DNA of 64,000 nucleotides, from the NCBI GenBank assembly GCA_030586555.1, contig JAURAC010000003.1, forward strand, positions 1 through 64,000, written 5' to 3'. The notes below the pieces were generated by a model, which ran no database searches, was not told the origin of the DNA, and saw nothing but the letters and a program-made list of their open reading frames with translations. How positions within the stretch are numbered: the first letter of the stretch is position 1; the number at the start of each line of letters is the position of its first letter. The translations under genes were made by a program, and so were the position numbers. Of the stretch, positions 39,810-49,900 are shown in pieces. Origin of the DNA: Candidatus Subterrananammoxibius californiae. GTDB lineage: Bacteria; Planctomycetota; Brocadiia; Brocadiales; Subterrananammoxibiaceae.

Positions 39810-40035
39810 GCTAAGCAACCTGCCCACCAATAGAGTCCTTAAAGCATTTCAGAGGGCAGGGTGGCAGATAGAAACAACTGGACATAAAAACCCCAAACAT
39901 ACAGTGCTATCCAGAGAAGGGTCTAATCTGATTCTCTCCATTCCGAGACACAGGACGGTGAAAAAAGGATTGCTTTTGAAACTTATAAAAAAAGCTGGTT
40001 TAACGGTATATGATTTCTTGAAATTGTATAAATAG
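39802..40035 (+). CDS. hicA: HicA-family toxin
   Basis: KAFQRAGW, H, LSIPRH..VKKGLL..LIKKAGL; overlaps the HicB-fusion stop. Confidence 0.85.
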   Translation: MAKLSNLPTNRVLKAFQRAGWQIETTGHKNPKHTVLSREGSNLILSIPRHRTVKKGLLLKLIKKAGLTVYDFLKLYK

Positions 40036-40193
40036 AAAAGGGTGGGGATAGGGCTTGAGCACCCGAAAAGTGGCAAAAAAGGATGATTTCAGTATACAAG
40101 CGGTTCTTGCCTGCCTGAGCGATACTCGTAGTCAGGTAGAAATTATTAAAGTTTGAGGTGAAAATTTTTGAAAAGAAGAGAAGGAGGAGAAAA

Positions 40194-40580
40194 ATGAAGA
40201 AATCAGAATATATTATCATGATAATAGCATGCATTCTAATTTTAAGCGGCTGTTGGAGTGTAGGAGAAAAACGGATTATACAAGAAGAAACACTCTCTAA
40301 ATTAGAGATTGGAAAATCTACAAAAGAGGACGTTAAAACGCTTTTAGGTAAACCACTTGAAGTAGATTTTATGACCAATGGGGAGGAGCAATGGAAATAT
40401 ACGTATGCGCATGGGAAAATGAAAGGCACCGCTTTAATACCTTTTGCAGCCTTCGTTACGGATATCACTGAAGAGGAAATTAACACCCTGACAATACATT
40501 TTTCAGAAACAGGTGTTTTAAAAAAGTTTGGTGCAGGAAAAATGGAAAGTGGGTCAGGAAGTGTATTAATTAAAAAATAA
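40194..40580 (+). CDS. BamE/SmpA-like lipoprotein
   Basis: Lipobox LSGC; GKSTKEDVKTLLGKP...W.Y. Confidence 0.75.
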   Translation: MKKSEYIIMIIACILILSGCWSVGEKRIIQEETLSKLEIGKSTKEDVKTLLGKPLEVDFMTNGEEQWKYTYAHGKMKGTALIPFAAFVTDITEEEINTLTIHFSETGVLKKFGAGKMESGSGSVLIKK

Positions 40581-40758
40581 AATTATGCCTTGCAAGCCAG
40601 AGAAATAGTTACCTAATTAGTGAGCATTAACAAGTAAATAAAGAGAACATCAAAGAGGTAAAACTATATCAGAGGGTGGGGATAGAGTCATTCTCCACAA
40701 GCTGACAATCTCTACCACTGTCTCACCCTTTACTTATGGAGAATTGTAGGAGAGCAAC

Positions 40759-41313
40759 ATGTCAAATCAAGAAAAACCTGCCTATTTTGTTACCGCAGAA
40801 GATGAACTTAAGCAAGACGAATGGTGGCTTTTAAAAAAGATTAAACGCCTACAATATCTTGACCCTGGCAAAACGGTCATGATTTTCTTTGAAGAAAATG
40901 ACAAAGTTTCTTCCAATATGCAAACAAAGCTACTTCACAAATTAAACAGAGAGGGGATTCTTGATTTGGAAATAAATACTGGCCAAACCTTTGATGGTCC
41001 TTCTTTTATGCCTGTTAATTTGTCCACTGGGTTAAATACATTTCTTCCCTCAAATTTTCGCAGTTTCCGTGGATTTCGTTTGACAATTAACCAGCAGAAA
41101 TTTGACAAACGTTATGAGGAACTCAGTCAGACTGAGAAGGACGAGCAGGTTGCCGGGACATGGAAAGAAGGTGCTGTGGCAAGAATTAAGTCTCACTGGT
41201 TGTTTAAATATATATTAGGGAGTGTAGTATTTTTCACATTAATCATTGATTTTTTCACAAATATGATAGGAGTCGTGAGGTTCATAATTAGCTTTTTCAA
41301 ATTCAGCGGATAA
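40759..41313 (+). CDS. Hypothetical protein with C-terminal TM
   Basis: 184-aa ORF with AGGAG RBS. Confidence 0.65.
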   Translation: MSNQEKPAYFVTAEDELKQDEWWLLKKIKRLQYLDPGKTVMIFFEENDKVSSNMQTKLLHKLNREGILDLEINTGQTFDGPSFMPVNLSTGLNTFLPSNFRSFRGFRLTINQQKFDKRYEELSQTEKDEQVAGTWKEGAVARIKSHWLFKYILGSVVFFTLIIDFFTNMIGVVRFIISFFKFSG

Positions 41314-41318
41314 GCAAG

Positions 41319-41391
<73 letters not shown>

Positions 41392-41548
41392 ATATTTACG
41401 GGTAATGGGTGATAGGTGATGGGTAATAGGTAAATAAATATTATACTACCAACCAACACCCAAAATATCTTAAAAGTTTTTGGGTTACCTTTTTTCAAAT
41501 TTGTGATGAGACCCTTCGCTGCGCTCAGGGTGACAAAGTAAAGGTAAC

Positions 41549-41622
41549 CGCGCCCGGCAGGACTTGAACCTGCAACCTTTGGATTCGAAGTCCACTACTC
41601 TATCCAGTTGAGCTACGGGCGC
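41549..41622 (-). tRNA. tRNA-Arg(TCG)
   Basis: GCGCCCGTAGCTCAACTGGATAGAGTAGTGGACTTCGAATCCAAAGGTTGCAGGTTCAAGTCCTGCCGGGCGCG. Confidence 0.96.
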
Positions 41623-41808
41623 ATACTTCTTTGAAAAATGGTAGATAACGATGTTTACCACCCCTGATTAAATCAGGGGTGATTTCAACGGACATAAAGT
41701 CCGTTGTCTACCATCTTTTTTCAAAAAGGTAAGGGGTATTTTACAAAAAACTATTCGCACCTTCAAGCTAAATCCCACCCCCCCTCCTTTCTCCGCTTGG
41801 CGACAAAC

Positions 41809-42153
41809 CTAATTTAACTTTTCGATCTCTTGTGCGATTTCTTGACTTAATTTTTCGAAAGTTCTACTCATACCTGTAACCATGACATCATAGCTACTAC
41901 CACGTAATTTTTCTGTAAATTCTAAGGTACGTGTTACGAACTCTTTTTTACCACGATCGCCGGATATTGTCCTAAGCGCTTTCATAGTAACAGTATCGCC
42001 TGGTATGACATCTAAACGGATTATTTCAATATGAATCCAGTAATTGACAGAATCAGCGGGAATCCAGGGATGGACAAAGACACGGTCCGTCGAAATCAGG
42101 AGAGAGAGGTTTTCGGCAAGAACCAAAGATATATCCTCTTTGAGAGAGCCCAC
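41809..42153 (-). pseudogene. 5'-truncated PqiC / ABC-transport auxiliary lipoprotein-like fragment
   Basis: SLKEDISLVLAENLS...PW and SYDVMV..MS..LSQEIA; no signal peptide. Confidence 0.55.
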
Positions 42154-42180
42154 AAAATTTACAGATTATAAGGAGAATAC

Positions 42181-42642
42181 TTACAACCCGAATCTATATA
42201 CGAGATGTAACTTGACTTGTGTTTCTTTTTCGCTGACGGTAAATTTAACCTCATCCCATTTTGGATGCCGCTGTATTTTATTTATGTCAAGCCTTGAAAA
42301 ACCGATCGGTTCTTTCGGTATTCCCAGGATACCGCTGCGTTCTAACTCACCACTATTATTAAGATCATGATAGGCAGAAAGCGAGTACTCTGCGGACGCC
42401 ACATTTTTAATCTTGTATTTCCTGATACCTTCATTTTCTTCGATAAGTTGTGCTTCTATTTCTACATATCCTTTATCTTTTTCCCTATGACATTCTTCAC
42501 TATCGCAGATTGAAAAACGCACGGGAGCTTTGTTCCCGATGTCTGTAAACCTATCTACAACAACAATCACATCTCCGGCAAAAACACGGAACGAAAAGAG
42601 GACGCACAATAAACCTGTCCAAACAGCAATTTTTTTCTTCAT
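42181..42642 (-). CDS. DUF2141 family exported protein
   Basis: YHDLNNSGELE..LGIPKEPIGFS; signal peptide. Confidence 0.85.
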   Translation of the reverse strand: MKKKIAVWTGLLCVLFSFRVFAGDVIVVVDRFTDIGNKAPVRFSICDSEECHREKDKGYVEIEAQLIEENEGIRKYKIKNVASAEYSLSAYHDLNNSGELERSGILGIPKEPIGFSRLDINKIQRHPKWDEVKFTVSEKETQVKLHLVYRFGL

Positions 42643-42647
42643 CTTTG

Positions 42648-42971
42648 TTACCTTTCCCAAACAACTTTCATGAGATTGCTTCGTCGCTCCGCTCCTCGCA
42701 ATGACAAATGATGGTTTCTTACAAGCAGTTTTAAGCTTTTAACCTCCCCATTTGAAGCAATTGCAATGTTTGGAATAATGAGAAGGTTGCCGTCTCTAAA
42801 ATATTCAATGGACGGCACGAGGGCAACGTCTACCTCTCCACGCCTCAGCATTTCGGGAAGTAATGCTGGTACGGCAAAACACAGTTCAACCACATTTTTA
42901 TTATTCTCCAAGCCATAAATTAACGGCTTGGCATTCACATAAGGCACAACGCCAATCTTTATCTTTTTCAT
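42648..42971 (-). pseudogene. mqnA: Truncated copy of mqnA
   Basis: First ~87 aa closely match 54638-55420, then run into a REP palindrome. Confidence 0.85.
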
Positions 42972-43933
42972 ACGATAATCCTTGTTCCTGCAATGCCTTC
43001 AATAGCTTCACTGACCTTGTCAATAGATGTAATAATAGCCCATTCGCCTCCACCCTTTAAAAAACGCACTGCTGCGTCAATCTTGGGTCCCATACTCCCT
43101 GGTGGGAAGTGGCCTTCTTTTTCATAACGTACAGCCTCATCAATTGTAAGCACGTCGAGAGGCTTTTGCGATTGCGTCTTAAAATTTAGGTATACCTTTT
43201 CAACGTCCGTAAGCATCATCAGGTAGTTGGCTCTTATACTGAGGGCAAGCACGCTTGAGGCTAAATCCTTGTCTATCACCACGTCAACGCCTTCTAAATT
43301 CCCATTCTCCTCGATTACAGGGATTCCCCCGCCGCCTGCGGCGATTACTACCTCCCCTGCATCAAGAAGCCTTCTAACCGATTCCCTTTCTACTATTTCC
43401 AGTGGCATTGGAGAAGGAACAACCCTGCGGTAGCCACTCTGCCTGAGGCGGATATCCTCAACCATATTCCAACCACGTTCCCTGCTAAACCTTTCTGCTT
43501 GCTCTTTTGTATAGAAGGGTCCGATGGGTTTTGTTGGGTTGTGGAATGCAGGGTCGTGCTTATCAACGATTACCTGTGTAAGAAGGGTAACAACACACTT
43601 CTGGAATCCCTCCTTTCTCAAGCGGTTTACAAGGGACTGTTGAATCATGTAGCCCATAGCCCCTTCGGTATCCGCCACGCAAACACCTAAGGGAAGTTCT
43701 GGAACAAGGTTCCTTGCCGCCTCCACCTTGAGAAGTTCATTACCCACCTGGGGTCCGTTGCCGTGTGTGATTACAACCTCCAATCCGCCTGAGGCGGATT
43801 TAAGGCAGTACATTATGCCATCGAGGCTTTTTCGCGTATTCTCAAATTGCTCCTCAATTGTTCCCCTTTGCCCTTCCCGAATAAGGGCATTACCACCTAA
43901 GGCGATGACTATTATCTTTTTTTTGTACTTCAC
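42968..43933 (-). CDS. arcC: Carbamate kinase
   Basis: ALGGNAL, THGNGPQVG, PTKPIG, VIDKD and GSMGPK. Confidence 0.96.
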   Translation of the reverse strand: MKYKKKIIVIALGGNALIREGQRGTIEEQFENTRKSLDGIMYCLKSASGGLEVVITHGNGPQVGNELLKVEAARNLVPELPLGVCVADTEGAMGYMIQQSLVNRLRKEGFQKCVVTLLTQVIVDKHDPAFHNPTKPIGPFYTKEQAERFSRERGWNMVEDIRLRQSGYRRVVPSPMPLEIVERESVRRLLDAGEVVIAAGGGGIPVIEENGNLEGVDVVIDKDLASSVLALSIRANYLMMLTDVEKVYLNFKTQSQKPLDVLTIDEAVRYEKEGHFPPGSMGPKIDAAVRFLKGGGEWAIITSIDKVSEAIEGIAGTRIIV

Positions 43934-44032
43934 TTACCTTTTTGGATTTCTTAGTAGACAACGATGTTTATCATCGTTGAAATCAACGGACATAAAGCTG
44001 CAAGCCCGCCATTTTGGGGGTGGGTCCGTTGT

Positions 44033-45346
44033 CTACCCACTGAATTTCTCAAGCACATCGCTTAAATTAGGTCTGCCAATTTCCTCGATATCATATACAG
44101 CCCTTACAGATGGTTTATTAATCTTTATGACCTTTCTTAGGTCAACGGGGGTACCGATAATGACGGCGTCACAATCTGTGCGATTAATGGTCTCCTCAAG
44201 CTCTTTTATTTGTTGGGGACCGTACCCCATTGCAGGAAGCAGGTTGCCAATATTTGGGAATTTTTCAAATGTTTCTATTATGCTGCCAACGGCAAATTGT
44301 CGTGGGTCAACCAAATGTGCCCCATATTTTTCTGCTGCGATGGTTGCGGCGCCGTATCCCATCCCACCATGGGTCAAGGTTGGGCCGTCTTCTATGGCTA
44401 AAACTTTTTTCTCCCTTATAATTTCTGGTTCTTCAATAGATACTGGTAAAGCGGCATCAATGATTATGGCGTCTGGATTTTCCCATTTAGCGTGCCCCTT
44501 TACTGATTCTATATTTACCTTAGTGGCTGTATCCTCCTTGCTGACCATTATCACATCTGCCATAAGGAGATTGGTTTCCCCAGGATAATACGTCAACTCG
44601 TCGCCAGCTCGATGGGGGTCAACAAGTGTAATTAAAATATCTGGCAGTAAAAAAGGCATATCGTTATTTCCTCCATCCCAGACTATCATATCTGCCTCTT
44701 TTTCTGCCTCTCTTAAGATTGTTTTGTAATCTACGCCTGCATATACAACAGTGCCTCGGTCTATATGAGGGAAATATTCTTCCATTTCTTCTATGGTGCA
44801 ATTGTTTTTTACCAAATCTTCGTATGTGGCGAACCGCTGCAACTTCTGCCTTGCTAAATCACCGTAAGGCATAGGGTGGCGGACAACAACAACCCTTTTA
44901 CCTATATCCTTGAGTATTTTACATACCTTTCGAGAAACAGCGCTTTTACCACACCCGGTTCTGACGGCACAAACCGCAACAACCGGGACGTTACTCTTTA
45001 TCATGGTGCGTCTGGTGCCCATTACAGTGAAGTTTGCGCCTGCTGCCATCACCTGGCTTGCCTTGTGCATTACATAGTTATGCGAGATGTCGCTGTATGA
45101 AAAGATTACCTCATCAACATTGTGTTTCTTGATGAGCCCTATTAAATCTTCCTCAGGGTGGATTGGGATGCCATCCGGATACAATGAGCCAGCCAATTCG
45201 GCTGGATACAACCTATGCCCAATATTGGGTATCTGGGTAGCGGTAAAAGCTACAACTTCACAAGCTTCGTTACTTTTGAAGCATACATTAAAATTATGAA
45301 AATCCCTGCCTGCGGCGCCCATTATGATTATTTTCGTTCGTTTCAT
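44033..45346 (-). CDS. Arginine synthetase (ArcE)-like P-loop protein; the family is often annotated cyclic 2,3-DPG synthase/GTPase
   Basis: GAAGRDFHNFN, AVRTGCGKS, RHPMPYG, WDGGNND and EDGPTLTHG; directly upstream of arcC. Confidence 0.75.
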   Translation of the reverse strand: MKRTKIIIMGAAGRDFHNFNVCFKSNEACEVVAFTATQIPNIGHRLYPAELAGSLYPDGIPIHPEEDLIGLIKKHNVDEVIFSYSDISHNYVMHKASQVMAAGANFTVMGTRRTMIKSNVPVVAVCAVRTGCGKSAVSRKVCKILKDIGKRVVVVRHPMPYGDLARQKLQRFATYEDLVKNNCTIEEMEEYFPHIDRGTVVYAGVDYKTILREAEKEADMIVWDGGNNDMPFLLPDILITLVDPHRAGDELTYYPGETNLLMADVIMVSKEDTATKVNIESVKGHAKWENPDAIIIDAALPVSIEEPEIIREKKVLAIEDGPTLTHGGMGYGAATIAAEKYGAHLVDPRQFAVGSIIETFEKFPNIGNLLPAMGYGPQQIKELEETINRTDCDAVIIGTPVDLRKVIKINKPSVRAVYDIEEIGRPNLSDVLEKFSG

Positions 45347-45358
45347 AGTTTTTGGGTT

Positions 45359-46813
45359 TTAGAGATTAGCTCTATAGTAAGGAAGAGATAGCTTGCGTCC
45401 TGAAAGAGGTGAACGACGATGTTCTCTCAACATGACATCGTCGTTTGCAACGGTTCCATCATGGTGATGAGCAAGTCTGAGGGAATTGAAGGCTCGTATT
45501 ACTCTTTCTAACGCAGACTTGCCTGTCTGCCGTGCCAACGGCACAGGCAGGCTTTTTTCCTCATGCCACAACCTCAATGCTGTCGCAGCTTCTAATAACA
45601 GCCCTTTCTGCCTCTCAGTAAAGACAACCGCCCTGCCAGGGACGTATTTGATGTAATCGGCAAATCTTGCAACCAGTCGTTTCTTGAGTTCGGGAATCCC
45701 TGTGCCATTTAAGGCAGATATTTGGCAGATAGGTACAGAGAAATGGGGTTGTAATTCAGAAATATTCAGTGCGGAAAAAAGGTCTATTTTATTTACAACG
45801 GGAATAGTTTCCACCCTCCCCAAAGACGGCGGGCTTTCAGCTTCAAATCCCCCCTTCCCACCTTTACTAAAGGGGGGTATAGGGGGGATTCCGAGAGATT
45901 TGATAATCATGAGATCGTCTTCATTCTGTGGTCTTGAGTTGTCAAAAACAATTACGGCTATATCTGCAGCTAAAAGCCTGCGTAATGATTCATTGATTGC
46001 AAGACCTTCAATTGCATCGTTAGTATTCCTGATTCCTGCTGTGTCTGTTAACTCAAGGGGTATTCCGTCAACGGAGATAATGTCTGTTACGGCATCCCTC
46101 GTTGTGCCTGGCTCGTGGTGAACGATAACACGCTCCTTGCCAAGCAGGGCGTTAATAAGGGTTGATTTGCCGGCATTGGGACTGCCTGCAATAGTTACCT
46201 TTAGTGGATGAGACAGGGCAATGCCAAATTCAGCAGTCTTAAGCAACCCTTCAATTGCGGAATACGGAATGCGGAATGCGGAATTATTCTGCTTTTGGCA
46301 TTCCGAAATCCGCAATCCACATTCCGCAATAGCAGTTGATAGCGCCCCTTTGTACTGGTCAAGAAAAACCTTTGCAGCAAGGGTTGTTTTTGCCTTTATG
46401 AGTTCCAATAGGGCTTCCTGTTGAGTAGCATCTATTTTATCATTCTCAAAGGATTGAGCGACGAGTTTTTGCCAATCAACCTCAATAGCTCCCTCATCTT
46501 TGATGCAATCGAGCACACGACGTGTTGCTAAGATGCCCCCATGGCAATTAATCTGTACAGACGCAAGATTTTGCGTTTCTACACTTCTTGTAACACTTAC
46601 AATTGCCTCGTCAATGGTTGTACCATTGTCTTCAATCGTACCGTAATAGAGCCTTCCATCCCCGGCTCGGCTTAAATCCTTTATACCTTTGCCCCTGAAA
46701 ATCTTATTAACGATTTCAATAGAGGATGCGCCGGATACATGGATGACGCTTATTCCCCCTTCGCCTATGGGGGAGGTAATGGCTGCGAAGGTTCTTTTAT
46801 TCATCTTAGACAA
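45359..46813 (-). CDS. mnmE: MnmE/TrmE-like tRNA modification GTPase, atypical
   Basis: GEGGISVI, CHGG, GSPNAGKS, GTTRD, DTAGIR and NKID; no C-terminal FCxGK; several repeat inserts. Confidence 0.8.
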   Translation of the reverse strand: MSKMNKRTFAAITSPIGEGGISVIHVSGASSIEIVNKIFRGKGIKDLSRAGDGRLYYGTIEDNGTTIDEAIVSVTRSVETQNLASVQINCHGGILATRRVLDCIKDEGAIEVDWQKLVAQSFENDKIDATQQEALLELIKAKTTLAAKVFLDQYKGALSTAIAECGLRISECQKQNNSAFRIPYSAIEGLLKTAEFGIALSHPLKVTIAGSPNAGKSTLINALLGKERVIVHHEPGTTRDAVTDIISVDGIPLELTDTAGIRNTNDAIEGLAINESLRRLLAADIAVIVFDNSRPQNEDDLMIIKSLGIPPIPPFSKGGKGGFEAESPPSLGRVETIPVVNKIDLFSALNISELQPHFSVPICQISALNGTGIPELKKRLVARFADYIKYVPGRAVVFTERQKGLLLEAATALRLWHEEKSLPVPLARQTGKSALERVIRAFNSLRLAHHHDGTVANDDVMLREHRRSPLSGRKLSLPYYRANL

Positions 46814-46962
46814 AACCTCATTAATAGACGTCCATTATAATAACCATGTCAAAAGTTTGTCAATACGAATCCTTACCTGCATTTCAAATTCACTTGACCT
46901 GGCACACTTTTTTGTTTAATATAAAATAAAACACGCATTTGTAACACCCATAGGGTTACCCT

Positions 46963-49900
46963 TTGTTTATCACATCAATGAAAGATATTCTGAAATTATT
47001 ACAGCAATCTGATTCGTTTAAGAGACTGAAAGAGGATTTAGGCAAGGGCACAAACTGCTGGGCAAGCGGTCTCTGGGGCTCATCCGCTGCTTACCTGCTT
47101 TCTGCCATTGCGGAAGATTCATTCATTTCTTACATCTTACTCATCACCCCGACTGTGGATGATGCTGAGGAAAGTTTTCAAGATATAAATCTCTTTTCTA
47201 CTGGTAAAGAGCTTCTTTTCCCTGTACGAGAGGATATACCTTCCTCTACAATGGGTGGAATGGAGGATGTGGGGCGGTTAAATGTCTTGCAAATCCTCGC
47301 AACAGAGTCGCTATTTCGAGACTCAAGACTCAAGACTCGGGACTCAAGACTTATAGTAGCGCCGATTCAAGCCCTCTTGCAAGACGTTCCTTCAAGGGAG
47401 AACTTGCTTGCCAACTCGCTTGTGGTCAGAAAGGGGGAGGAATATACATTAGAAAAGGTGCTTGAGTGGGTAAAAGCACAAGATTTTACACGTGTTCCGT
47501 TTGTTGAGATGCCCAGGGAATTTAGCCTTCGTGGAGGTATTCTCGATATATATCCACATTCATCCAGCGTTCCTTATCGAATTGAATTCTTTGGCGACAC
47601 GATTGAGTCCTTAAGGGAGTTTAATGTAGAGACCCAGACTTCTGAAAGGGAAGTAGAGCAATGCCAATTTCTTGGCGTGGTAGATAGCCATACGTCCCAG
47701 CGTAATGAAACCCTGCTTGATTATCTTCCCGAAGATACATTAATTGTGCTAAAGGAACCACAGGCTATAGAGACAAAGGCAGGAATGATTCACGAATTAC
47801 CATTGTGTAGCTTTAGCTATGAAACCCTGAAGGGTAAATTTCATCGCCATACAAGCCTGAACCTTTCGTGCCTTCCAATTGTAGAAGAATTAAACAGCTA
47901 TATTTTCAACGTTGCCTCCATAGAACACTTTAAAAACGTAGTTAATAAAGAATCATCTTCGAGTATTACTACAATTATAAAAGAACTTTCAGACGTATGC
48001 GGTTTAAACGCCCGCACCATCGTGTTCTGCAACAACGAGGCGGAGAAGCAAAGGCTTCATGAGCTTTTGGAAGACACAGCGCCTCATTTAGAAAAAAGAC
48101 TCGAATTGCGGATTGGACGTTTGTCCCACGGCTTCCAGTTCAGGGATATTTCTATTGCGCTTCTTCCTCATCATGAGATTTTCAAGAGATACAAGCAAAG
48201 GAGAGAGCCTAAGAAGCCCCTCCCTGGCAGGGCAATTGACTCATTCCTTGAGCTTGAGAAGGGTGATTACGTTGTTCACGCCGCACACGGGATAGGAAAA
48301 TTTCTCGGCATTGAAATCCTCGCCCAAAATATTGCCTGCCCGCCATCTTTTGGGTGGGGCGAGTCCGCCTATCCCTTGGGTGGACTTGAAGAAGAGGGAC
48401 AGAAGCGAGAGTATCTTATAATAGAATTTGACGAAGGGACCAAGGTCTACGTACCGGCAACCAGGATTGAGCTTGTGCAAAAATACATTGGCGGTACAGA
48501 GCGCATTCCCAGGTTGAGTAAGGTCGGCGGGCAGGCATGGGTGAAGAGAAAACAACACGTCGAAAGAGCCGTTACTGACCTTGCAAGCGAACTCCTTCAT
48601 ATCCAGGCTATAAGGAATGCAATGCCTGGCATAGCCTATCCACATGATAGTGACTGGCAGCGGGAGTTTGAGGCAGAGTTTATATACCAGGAGACTGAAG
48701 ACCAGCTCAATGTGGCAGAGGAGATTAAAAAGGACATGGAATCACCAAGGCCTATGGACAGGTTAATCTGCGGCGACGTTGGTTATGGCAAGACGGAGCT
48801 TGCAATCAGGGCAGCCTTTAAGGCTGTAATGGCTGGCAAACAGGTTGCTGTGCTTGTCCCAACAACCATCCTTGCACAGCAGCACTACCGCACATTCTCA
48901 GAGCGCATGGCAGATTATCCAATTCAGATTAATGTCCTCAGTAGATTCAAAACACATAAGGAACAAAAAGAAATATTAGAAAGGGCTGAAAAAGGACAGG
49001 CAGACATCGTTATAGGGACGCACAGATTAGTGCAAAAGGACGTCCATTTCAAGGATTTGGGTTTAGTTATAATAGATGAGGAGCAAAGATTTGGTGTAGA
49101 ACATAAGGAGCGGTTAAAAAGGCTTAGAAGCACGGTGGACGTTCTTACGCTTACTGCGACTCCTATACCCCGCACGCTTCACATGTCATTACTTGGAATA
49201 AGAGACATTTCGACCTTAAACACCCCACCACAGGACAGGCTCTCCATCTATACCCAGCTCATGCGCTTTGAGCTTGAAAGCATAAGGCAGGCAATCCTTC
49301 ACGAATTAAACCGCGACGGGCAGGTGTATTTTGTCCACAATAGAATATATAATATAGAGCGTATTGCTGAAACACTATCAAAGATTGTCCCGGAGGCAAA
49401 GATAGCGGTTGCGCATGGTCAGATGCCTGTGCATATGCTCGAAAGGCGGATGCTTGAGTTCGTTGATAGGAAATTTGATATACTGGTTTCCACAACAATT
49501 ATAGAATCCGGGCTTGACATTCCCACCGTTAATACAATCTTCATTAACTGTGCAGAGACGTTTGGTCTTGCAGATTTGCATCAATTGCGAGGCCGTGTGG
49601 GACGTTACAAACACCGCGCATACGCATATCTTCTAATCTCTTCAGACCGCCCGATTACTCCTGAGGCGGAGAAAAGGCTCAAGGCAATAGAAGAGTTTGC
49701 GGAACTTGGCGCTGGTTTTAAGATTGCTATGCGTGACCTTGAGATTCGCGGGACGGGAAACATACTGGGTACGGAACAGCACGGACATATTGTTGCCGTA
49801 GGATATGAGATGTACTGTCGTTTTCTTGAAATGGCTGTTAAAAGGGCAAAGAATGAGCCTGTAACAGTGCCAATAGACGTTTCAATAGCGCTTAATCTAA

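Noticed and set aside
43728..44588. 286-aa plus-strand ORF
   Set aside because: Antisense to arcC and the ArcE-like gene, crosses a repeat, and has no recognisable motif.
49658..49672. CCTGAGGCGGA in mfd as another palindrome insert
   Set aside because: Only a half match, and TPEAEKRL is an ordinary Mfd segment.
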